Source: Promethearchaeota archaeon (GTDB lineage Archaea; Asgardarchaeota; Lokiarchaeia; Sigyniarchaeales; SOKP01). From it: a stretch of 64,000 nucleotides of DNA. The notes below the pieces were generated by a model. The model searched no databases. It was not told where the DNA came from and was given only the letters and a program-made list of their open reading frames with translations. Made by a program: the position numbers and the translations under genes. This document shows, piece by piece, positions 1-8,559 of the stretch (its first letter is position 1; each line of letters opens with the position of its first letter). The stretch lies in the NCBI GenBank assembly GCA_019058365.1, contig JAHPZE010000001.1, positions 160,001 through 224,000 of the forward strand, written 5' to 3'.

Positions 1-346
1 TAGTGAGCTTGTTAACTTGATATTCAAAAATACCTACAACTAATGGAAGATTAGCATATAATTTCTTACCATTTTCAATCTTATATTTTATTGTACCTTT
101 TTTAATCATATTATTAAGCAAATTTTCTAATGATTCGGTTGAAATATGCTTACCCTCAAGACGATCATAAATATTCTCAAGAGGATCATACATCCAATTT
201 AACTTTGTCGCAATTAAGGCTTCTTTTTCTGAAAAAAGGTGCTTTAATACTTTTAATTCAATACCCATAGTTGTTGCTGGAAACCCTACAGGAAATTGAT
301 CTAGGTGTATTTGCAAATTACGATATATATCAGTATCATCAAGCAT
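1..346 (-). CDS. Partial (runs off window start) 4Fe-4S dicluster-domain protein, N-terminal part; paralogue of 47222..48364
   Basis: Not in the ORF track. Hand translation from ATG at 346 is open to base 1: MLDDTDIYRNLQIHLDQFPVGFPATTMGIELKVLKHLFSEKEA...LENLLNNMIKKG...YANLPLVVGIFEYQ. This matches the N-terminus of 47222 (LAKKG...YRLMPLIMVGAFEY). Confidence 0.8.
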   Translation of the reverse strand, partial: MLDDTDIYRNLQIHLDQFPVGFPATTMGIELKVLKHLFSEKEALIATKLNWMYDPLENIYDRLEGKHISTESLENLLNNMIKKGTIKYKIENGKKLYANLPLVVGIFEYQVNKLT

Positions 347-427
347 TTTTGTATATTATAAGAAAAGGTAATAAGTCTAATATAATGGTTAAATAATATT
401 CATCATATGGTTTTTTAAATGTAATTA

Positions 428-1216
428 ATGAAGGTTGAAAAATTTATGAAAATTGTTTTTCATGAAAAATATTATAATTCTGAATATGCTTGGGATCCTG
501 CAGCTTCTGCAGGACGATTAGAAGGAATTATGGATAAAATTTCCGAAAACAAAGAATTTGAAATAATTACTCCTAATCCAGCGGCAGAAGAAGATATTTT
601 AAGAGCTCATACTCAAAGGCATCTCCAAAATATAAAGAAAGACAAGTTATTATTTGAATTAGCTTCCTTAGCTGCTGGAGGAGCAATTTTAGCTGCTGAA
701 GAAGGGTATAAAGGTAATCCAACATTTGCCGTTATTAGACCTCCAGGTCATCACGCTTCAGCGGATTCTTGTTGGGGATTCTGTTATTTTAATAATATAA
801 GCATAAGTTTATTAAGGCTTTATTCAGAAGGTAAGATAAAATCTGCTTTTATTTTAGATTTTGACTTGCATACGGGAGATGGTAACATAAATATATTAAC
901 AAATAGAAATGATGATTTTAGAGTGAAAATTCTTAACCCTGATTCGAGTGGACGAGCTGGATATCTCAAAGAGGTTGAACAATACATTGAAAATTTAACC
1001 AATATTGATATATTCGTTGCGAGCGCAGGATTCGACCAAGGTATTGAAGATTGGGGTCACCTTTTATACCCAGAAGATTATTATGAATTGGGTAATTTGA
1101 TGAAAATCCATTCTAAAAAGCTATGTAAGGGAAGGCGATATGCTTTATTAGAAGGAGGTTACAATCATAATGTATTACCAAATAATCTTATATCCTTTTG
1201 CGAGGGATTTAAATAG
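428..1216 (+). CDS. Histone deacetylase family (AcuC/AphA-like) Zn-dependent deacylase
   Basis: Motifs RPPGHHA, GFCYFNN, DFDLHTGDG, SAGFD and LEGGY. True start may be the second ATG (MKIVFH). Confidence 0.92.
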   Translation: MKVEKFMKIVFHEKYYNSEYAWDPAASAGRLEGIMDKISENKEFEIITPNPAAEEDILRAHTQRHLQNIKKDKLLFELASLAAGGAILAAEEGYKGNPTFAVIRPPGHHASADSCWGFCYFNNISISLLRLYSEGKIKSAFILDFDLHTGDGNINILTNRNDDFRVKILNPDSSGRAGYLKEVEQYIENLTNIDIFVASAGFDQGIEDWGHLLYPEDYYELGNLMKIHSKKLCKGRRYALLEGGYNHNVLPNNLISFCEGFK

Positions 1217-1267
1217 ATTTAATTTAAAAATGATGAAAATTGATTAACTTTTTATCAATTTACGTGG

Positions 1268-4200
1268 TTAAGAATTTGATTGGTTATTTTTAAAATCGAC
1301 AGGAATTATTATCTTATTATCAATTAAAGAATGCAAACCCCCATAAATTAAATCTGTATTCTCCTCGCCAATTTCTTGAATTATTCTATCTATTGTGAAC
1401 TCTTTATTATATTTGGTTAAAGTTATTATTACATTAAGGACTCGAGACTCCATTGATTCTAATTCGCGACTTTTTTTCATAGATTCTATATAGACTTCTC
1501 CTTGATTTAACTTAAAAGGCTTATTATAAAATAAAAATAAGAACTTGTTCATTAAAATTTCAATATCATCTTCAAATTCGATAGCTTTTCCTTTATAATC
1601 TTCTATTTCTTCTGAAAACTTAGAGCATATTTCAACTGTTAATATATATAACTGATTTTTTAATTTCTCTGAAGATGCATCTTTAAGGATCAGAAGAGTT
1701 CTTAGACATTGATAATCACAAATAAGTAAATGGAAAAATTTAAAATTCAATTCAATAATATGTTCAGCATATTTTTCTATATGTTTTTTTTTCTCTTTTA
1801 ATGACTCAGCTATAATACTTTGTTCACCAAACAAAGTAATTGCCTGAATAAAACCAGAAATAAGAATATTTTCCTCAAAATTAAATTCAGAAACATTGTT
1901 TGTGAAAAATGGCATACCACTGTTTTTTTGAATAAGCATAATTCCTTGAATATTCTTAAGATCTTTAAACTCCTGAATCTTATCTAAAAATAGTCGTTCT
2001 TTTTCTCTTTTCCTCGGTAAGAATATATAACTTCTTGCAATTAAAGCGCTAAAAACCCCTATTACACTTAAAAGCACTATTGCTATTACCCAGATTAAAT
2101 AACTATTATCTGGAGTTTGTTTTTGTAATACTACTAAAAGAAAAGATGATTCTGTTGCTTTATAATATCCTCCCTCAACAGATATTATAAGCTTTACGTT
2201 ATAACTTCCCGAAGCGCTACTTGGAATATTCAATTGAATTTGGTAAGTCCCATTACCTAAATTTTCAAATTCACTTATATCATATTTCCAAGAGAATAAA
2301 ATGTTAGCAGTTGAAATTAAATTTCCAGAATTTTGTTCCGTTAAGTTTATTTTAATTAATTTTGTGCTTCCTGCATACACATCAAGAGAAGCTTCGAAAC
2401 CCATAGTGCCTACAGAAATCTCTACATAATCTACTCTTATTGTAAGTATCTCTGAAATAAAGACGTAGTTTTCTTTTTCAACTGAAACTGTTAAGTAATG
2501 AGTTCCAACAGATAGGGCTCCCGAGCTAAAAATAGTATAATATCGTTGTCCACTTTCATCTAAGACTCTTGAAATCGCTGATCCATTCAAATTCACAATA
2601 GCACCAGAAATAAAAAGATTTGATAAAGAATCTCTATATAGAATAGTAATATTTAAAGCCATATTCCATTGAATTACTATAGTTTTATCAGCAGTTCTAT
2701 CTACTTGATTCAAATAAATTTCCATATAAGTTGGATTTTCCTCTATAATTACATATATACTTTCGAATGCTGTTTGATATCCAGGATGGCTTAATTGAAA
2801 GAATATTGTATAGTAATCTAATGAAAGATTGCTAGTAGAAAAATATACTATAAAACCGTCAGCAACGGGAGAGATCACATAAGATGATGCCCATGTCACA
2901 TTTAAGGTAGCTCCTGTAATTATCTCCCCCATTCCCGCATCTGTATAATTGACTTTTAGATAGAAGCTTTCATTAAATAAAACATTAACTATAGTCTGAT
3001 TTAGATTTACTTCAGTAGCTATAGGTTGTACTTGTAACGAGATAAAACCAGAAGTACTTCCATAACTGGTTTTATTAACAAAAATAGTAATTGTAAAAAC
3101 CTCTATGATACCTTGAGAGGGTATATTATAAGTAGAAAAGTTTAGTTCAAAATTACCATTAGAACCTAAAACTGAATATGGATTTATCCAATTAGTAGTA
3201 ATGTTTGCATCACCAGGTAATAAAGTACCAGAAATCGCTCCAGTAACATTTATCTGGCAAATAGCATAATCATTTGCCATAGCACTAATAATAGTATGTG
3301 GGACCTCTAATGCGATTGGTTGATTTATTATTTTTAACTGAATAAGATTTCTAACAGACTGATTCTCATAGTAATTTTTTGAAGCATTGAATGAAAAGTA
3401 ATAATTTCCCGCTTCTCGTCCACTTGTATCAACATCAATAACATAAATTCCTGATCCAGTATAAATCATAGTTCCAAAAGTCCCAAAAGTAGAGTTATAA
3501 GTTATTGTCGCAAAATCAATGTATTTATTAAAATCTGAATCCATATACTTTACTCTTATTAAAAGTGGCTCTCCAGAAACTCTCTCTATATAAGAATTTA
3601 TAGCAGTTAGATTTGTATGATGCCACACATTAAACAAAAATTGAGAAAATCCTACTTTATCTCTACTTAAAATAGATTGATTATTTGTCCAAATTATACT
3701 TACTTGATATGTACCGACCGACATATTTTCTCCAACAGTAAAATTGCCAAAATCTACATTATTGGATAATGGTTCTTTTTGAAGTTTCTTGAAAATTGTG
3801 CCATTAGGATATTCAATTGTGCAATTTATTTGTGTATTTGTCAAAGAAATTGTATTGTTTAAAGTTGCATTAATATGAAATGTTTCCCCATATGTAATAT
3901 TAAATTGTTCATTAAAGAATGTTCCATTCCAAACAAACACACTCCCTTTAGTAATATAATTTTGCCCACTCGCCTGAAAGGTCCATAAACCAGAACTTAA
4001 TTGTCCCTGGGGGATTTTCATATTTGTTGATCCAAACTCAATTCCCGTACAGCTTCCTATTTTTTCCACATTATATCCATCTAAAATAGAAGTGATATTC
4101 CAGTCGTTGGGCTTATAGATCTCAGCCCAGTTATTAAAATAACTATAAGGAATTGAAAAAGAGCATTCTGTTTGCCAATTTATTTCATTATTAATTACAT

Positions 4201-5308
4201 AAGTGGAACCTATTTGTCCATCAATTGTAGAATTAAAAATTTTAACTGCTTCTGAAGTAATTGTTATATTATAAATTTCTAAATCTTCTGTATATGATGC
4301 ATTTTTTGATATAGTGAATTTAATATCACTTGTTTCAGTTCTACTTCTTTCTACATCTATAAAGGTTTTCCCCTTACCAAAAGTAATATTTTCGTAGGAA
4401 TATTCTTGATCAAATTCAATATCTTTTGTTATTATCAAATTTTGCTGGTTAGGTTTTGTCCAAAGACTAAATTTAATATCATCAAGATACAAAATTTGGT
4501 CTTTAATTGCAGTACTAGTTGCATCATCTACAAATACTCCTGCCTGTATTGTAATATTTTCAGGAATTAGTTGACCAACTTCTGACATATCATAAGTTAA
4601 ACTGATTTGGTGCCAATAGTCTAATCCTATAGATAAATTAGAAAAACTTACAGAAATATTTTTCTCAATACCACCAATATTAATAGAAATAAAAGCACTA
4701 ATGTTGGGAGACGGTGTTGCTGGATTGATTATATTATACATATAATTCATAGATAAAGTTGCTATTGTATTTGAAGATGGTATTTCTGGGATAGAAAAGT
4801 TTTCTTCGAAATAACCAAAATCTCCTTTAGAAAGAGGTTGTTGTTTAATGACTTTTATTGAAACATTTGCGGGTTGCCAAGGGTTTTTACTAATAATTGC
4901 AGGCTTAGAAGTAGTATATTCCCACGGGTTTTCACCAATATCAAAAGAGCCATTTATTACCCAGTCCTTTTTATGAGATACTCCATCATAATAGATTGTA
5001 ACATTTTTAGAAATCCAATCCTCCAATAATGTAAAGCTGACATTTTTAGGTAATGATAAAGGGAGAAAGGTGTTAGAAATAGTAGCATGTTGATATACCA
5101 ACAAAGGTTTCGCATTTGGACCATTCGAATTTATTTTAAGATTTTTAAAATCATTCAAATTATCATTAAATTGCTTTTTTTTATTGAAACGACTAAGAGA
5201 AATTGAAGAGTTAATTGGGTTTATACAGCTTAAAATTACTGAAATTGAAAATAGGAATATTAAAACCTTAGTTCTTTTCCTTTTTGAAATCCTGAGGTTG
5301 AACTCCAT
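1268..5308 (-). CDS. Large membrane-anchored protein: signal/anchor, long beta-rich glycosylated ectodomain, TM helix, cytoplasmic longin-like and winged-helix domains
   Basis: N-terminal basic plus hydrophobic segment; many N-x-S/T sequons; TM YLIWVIAIVLLSVIGVFSALIA followed by RKREKER; then IQGIMLIQKNSGMPFF...LISGFIQAITLFG (longin-like) and a C-terminal wHTH-like segment. Confidence 0.75.
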   Translation of the reverse strand: MEFNLRISKRKRTKVLIFLFSISVILSCINPINSSISLSRFNKKKQFNDNLNDFKNLKINSNGPNAKPLLVYQHATISNTFLPLSLPKNVSFTLLEDWISKNVTIYYDGVSHKKDWVINGSFDIGENPWEYTTSKPAIISKNPWQPANVSIKVIKQQPLSKGDFGYFEENFSIPEIPSSNTIATLSMNYMYNIINPATPSPNISAFISINIGGIEKNISVSFSNLSIGLDYWHQISLTYDMSEVGQLIPENITIQAGVFVDDATSTAIKDQILYLDDIKFSLWTKPNQQNLIITKDIEFDQEYSYENITFGKGKTFIDVERSRTETSDIKFTISKNASYTEDLEIYNITITSEAVKIFNSTIDGQIGSTYVINNEINWQTECSFSIPYSYFNNWAEIYKPNDWNITSILDGYNVEKIGSCTGIEFGSTNMKIPQGQLSSGLWTFQASGQNYITKGSVFVWNGTFFNEQFNITYGETFHINATLNNTISLTNTQINCTIEYPNGTIFKKLQKEPLSNNVDFGNFTVGENMSVGTYQVSIIWTNNQSILSRDKVGFSQFLFNVWHHTNLTAINSYIERVSGEPLLIRVKYMDSDFNKYIDFATITYNSTFGTFGTMIYTGSGIYVIDVDTSGREAGNYYFSFNASKNYYENQSVRNLIQLKIINQPIALEVPHTIISAMANDYAICQINVTGAISGTLLPGDANITTNWINPYSVLGSNGNFELNFSTYNIPSQGIIEVFTITIFVNKTSYGSTSGFISLQVQPIATEVNLNQTIVNVLFNESFYLKVNYTDAGMGEIITGATLNVTWASSYVISPVADGFIVYFSTSNLSLDYYTIFFQLSHPGYQTAFESIYVIIEENPTYMEIYLNQVDRTADKTIVIQWNMALNITILYRDSLSNLFISGAIVNLNGSAISRVLDESGQRYYTIFSSGALSVGTHYLTVSVEKENYVFISEILTIRVDYVEISVGTMGFEASLDVYAGSTKLIKINLTEQNSGNLISTANILFSWKYDISEFENLGNGTYQIQLNIPSSASGSYNVKLIISVEGGYYKATESSFLLVVLQKQTPDNSYLIWVIAIVLLSVIGVFSALIARSYIFLPRKREKERLFLDKIQEFKDLKNIQGIMLIQKNSGMPFFTNNVSEFNFEENILISGFIQAITLFGEQSIIAESLKEKKKHIEKYAEHIIELNFKFFHLLICDYQCLRTLLILKDASSEKLKNQLYILTVEICSKFSEEIEDYKGKAIEFEDDIEILMNKFLFLFYNKPFKLNQGEVYIESMKKSRELESMESRVLNVIITLTKYNKEFTIDRIIQEIGEENTDLIYGGLHSLIDNKIIIPVDFKNNQSNS

Positions 5309-5604
5309 AGGTAAGAATTAATTTTTTTTTAGCTTTTTATGTTAAATATCTCGATTCTCTCTTTTAAATGAATCTTTCTAGTTTATTATGTATCTACTTG
5401 TAAATTGAATTATTAAAATATATAGATAATATTTTATTAGGATTTATAAATATGAATTCGAATATTTGTCTAAAATGTAGGAATTTTTATCTTAAAAATC
5501 AAATTAACGTTGAAATAAAAACATTTCTAAGTTTTATATAATTTTATTTGAAAAAAAGGAATTAAAAAGAATTAGATTTAAAGGAAATATACTGTATCAA
5601 AATT

Positions 5605-6735
5605 TTAGGATTTATTATCTTTAAAATATTGTAATATTTTCTTTATACATCCAAATGAACTTTTTATTTTAGTAATATCGCAATTATAGGTAATATTATA
5701 AAGAACAATATGTTTCAAGCCAGATTTCGCATAATCTTCTATTTTAGATATAATCTCATCTGGTGTGCCATGTAAAAAACTTTCATCGCACAAATTTGCT
5801 GGGATCTTACCAAAAGCTTCAAGCATAGTTTCTCGGTCGTAGTTTGTAGGGATATAGTCAAGAAGGCCGTAAAAATCTTTGCCGAATGGATGTGAAATAC
5901 CAAATTTTTCAAAATATTCATTTGATTGAATTAAACTATAGTTTTTTACATAAGCGGATTCTAATAGTTTATCACATTCACTATGATCTTCATCAATAAT
6001 TAAATTGCACCATAAGCCGGGTGTAATATCTTCTGGATTGCGTCCTGCTTTTTTTGCTGAATTCTGAATAATATCAAGCTTTTCTTTATATGTTTTAGGA
6101 TTAAAGTTGGATGGTATCCAACCATCTCCTAGTCTCCCCGCCAATTCACACATTTTAGGGCCATGTGCCGCGATCCATATAGGAGGATATTTTTTTTCTT
6201 CATAGGGTTTTATAGAAAGAACAGCATTTTTTAATTTCCAAAATTTCCCATTAAAACTGACTTTTCCTTCATTTTCCCAGAGGAGTTTTATTATTTTTAT
6301 TGCTTCTTCCAATCTGCTAACCGGTTTCTCCCATTTTATACCATAAGGAATGATATTTTCCCCTTCACCGGTACCAATGCCAAGAATTGATCGCCCTTTT
6401 GATATATGATCCAACGTTAAAAAGGTTTGGGCTAGCACAGCTGGATGTCTCCTAAAAGTCTCTGTAACACTCGTACCCAATTTAATATTTTTAGTATTCC
6501 ACGCTGCCACTGACATTACAGAATAAACATCGTAAAAATCGTGTGGACTATTCTGAATTGTTGACATTTCAATAAGGTCTGGAGTCCAAATTGATTCTGG
6601 AATCCAACCCATTAAATGATCTGCAAACCATACTGAATCGTAACCACTATTCTCGATTCTCTTTATGGTTTCAATACCTCTATCAAAAGGCGGGATAAAT
6701 GTACCCTCTGTCCCGAATTTTATATCTATATCCAT
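5605..6735 (-). CDS. LLM-class (luciferase-like) flavin/F420-dependent oxidoreductase
   Basis: GYDSVWFADH, RRHPAVLAQTFLTLDHISKGRSILGIG, PPIWIAAHGPK, GRLGDGW. Confidence 0.9.
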   Translation of the reverse strand: MDIDIKFGTEGTFIPPFDRGIETIKRIENSGYDSVWFADHLMGWIPESIWTPDLIEMSTIQNSPHDFYDVYSVMSVAAWNTKNIKLGTSVTETFRRHPAVLAQTFLTLDHISKGRSILGIGTGEGENIIPYGIKWEKPVSRLEEAIKIIKLLWENEGKVSFNGKFWKLKNAVLSIKPYEEKKYPPIWIAAHGPKMCELAGRLGDGWIPSNFNPKTYKEKLDIIQNSAKKAGRNPEDITPGLWCNLIIDEDHSECDKLLESAYVKNYSLIQSNEYFEKFGISHPFGKDFYGLLDYIPTNYDRETMLEAFGKIPANLCDESFLHGTPDEIISKIEDYAKSGLKHIVLYNITYNCDITKIKSSFGCIKKILQYFKDNKS

Positions 6736-6882
6736 TTTATCACTTCTATATATTTTCTTATTATGATAAAGAAATTCTAAAAATTTTATAAATCTCTTGA
6801 ATTTTTACATTTATCAAAAGAATTGAATGAAAATATAAATTTAGATTAAGTTTTTTTAAAATATTAATAATAATAGAGGAGT

Positions 6883-7938
6883 TTGATTAGAATCATGAAG
6901 TTTAGTTTTCATATCCCTGTACCAACGCCTCGTCTTGAATATATGTTCGAAGGAACAAAAAAGGCTGAAGAGTGTGGTTTTTTTGGTGTTTTTTATGCTG
7001 ATCATACAGTAATGTTACCTCCCGGTCCAGGAACATGCTATGATGCATATTGTTTTTTAACATCTTTAGCCATGATAACAAAAAAAATTAAATTATGTAC
7101 TGGTGTTTCTGATTGTCATCGCTTTCATCCAGCACTAATGGCACATAAAGTAGCTACAGTAGATCAAATATCTAATGGGAGAGTTATGATAGGGCTTGGA
7201 GCAGGAGAGGCAATGAATATTGACATGTATGGTTTAGATAGAAACAAATCTGTTTCAAAGTTACGAGAATATATTATCTTATTGAGGGAATTTTGGACCA
7301 AGAAAAAAGTCAATAGAAACAGTGAATTCTGGGGAGAAATAAAAAAAGCTTATATTCAAATAAAACCAATTCAGAAAAGTCCACCCATTTATATTGCTGG
7401 CAATGGACCAAAAACACGTCAAATAACTGGAGAATTAGCAGATGGATGGTATCCACTATATCAACCACCATGGCTCTATAAGGAGAAACAAAAAGAGGTT
7501 TTTGATGCAGCAAAAGCAGCTGGTAGAGATCCTACTAAGATTGATTATGTTTATGATTGTTTTGTAGCTATTGATAACGATGATCCGGAGAATGCTATAA
7601 AAAGATGTGAATTCTTTAAATCTTCGTATTTATTAAATTCCTTTATTACAAACGAGGCATATCCTAACTTAGATTTACCAGAAGATATTAATGTTCATGA
7701 TTTTGAAATGAACAGTATAAATTCAATGGATTATTTAGAGAATTTAGATAGACTCCCCGAAACAATTTTGCAAGATACGAATTGTTTAGGTACAGTTGAT
7801 GATGTTATTTCAAGCATAGAAAAATATAAACACGCAGGAGCTACACATATGAGTTTAATGAATCGAGGGCCTGATACGAATAAAGTTTATGAAATATTTC
7901 GAGATAAAATAATACCATACTTTAAAGAATTAGATTAA
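6883..7938 (+). CDS. LLM-class flavin/F420-dependent oxidoreductase
   Basis: GVFYADH, HPALMAHKVATVDQISNGRVMIGLGAG, PPIYIAGNGPK, GELADGW. Real start is probably the ATG of MKFSFH. Confidence 0.9.
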   Translation: MIRIMKFSFHIPVPTPRLEYMFEGTKKAEECGFFGVFYADHTVMLPPGPGTCYDAYCFLTSLAMITKKIKLCTGVSDCHRFHPALMAHKVATVDQISNGRVMIGLGAGEAMNIDMYGLDRNKSVSKLREYIILLREFWTKKKVNRNSEFWGEIKKAYIQIKPIQKSPPIYIAGNGPKTRQITGELADGWYPLYQPPWLYKEKQKEVFDAAKAAGRDPTKIDYVYDCFVAIDNDDPENAIKRCEFFKSSYLLNSFITNEAYPNLDLPEDINVHDFEMNSINSMDYLENLDRLPETILQDTNCLGTVDDVISSIEKYKHAGATHMSLMNRGPDTNKVYEIFRDKIIPYFKELD

Positions 7939-8480
7939 ACCATTTTTTTCTTTCTCCATTCTTCTGCTAAGATCCCCATTAGTATCGCATCATGGTAACT
8001 GCCATTAATCCAAATAGATTGTCGTTTTCTTCCTTCTTCGATGAATCCAACCTTTTTATAACTCTTTAAAGCACTAATATTGAAATCATAAGTATATAAT
8101 TCAATTCTATTTAAATTTACAGTATCAAATCCATATTCAAGTAATAGTTCCATTGCTTCAGTCCCAAATCCTTTATTTTGAAACTCTTTTTCTCCAATTA
8201 CGATTCCAACTTCCCCAACTCTATTTTTACAGTCAATTTTATGGATTCCACAATTTCCAATTAGCTTTTCTGAACCTTCTTCATTAGGAATGACAATTGA
8301 AAAATGAATACTATCTTCTCGGTTTTTTAGATTTTCCATCCATTCTTCTTCAGCCATTCTAGTCATTGGACGATACGCTATAAGATATTGAGTAATCTCA
8401 GGATCATTAAACCATCTTAGAAATGAATCTACATATTCTCTTTTAATCGGACCTAATTTTACTCTTTCTCCTTTTAACAT
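7935..8480 (-). CDS. GNAT N-acetyltransferase, RimJ/RimL family
   Basis: EVGIVIGEKEFQNKGFGTEA (acetyl-CoA motif A), NISALKSYKKVGFIEEG, YHDAILMGILAEEW. Confidence 0.92.
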   Translation of the reverse strand: MLKGERVKLGPIKREYVDSFLRWFNDPEITQYLIAYRPMTRMAEEEWMENLKNREDSIHFSIVIPNEEGSEKLIGNCGIHKIDCKNRVGEVGIVIGEKEFQNKGFGTEAMELLLEYGFDTVNLNRIELYTYDFNISALKSYKKVGFIEEGRKRQSIWINGSYHDAILMGILAEEWRKKKMV

Positions 8481-8559
8481 GGAATAAAATAATCCAGTTT
8501 ATATTAAAAAATTATCCATTTTCATCAATTTTAAAAATAAAGAAAAGAAAAAGATGATT

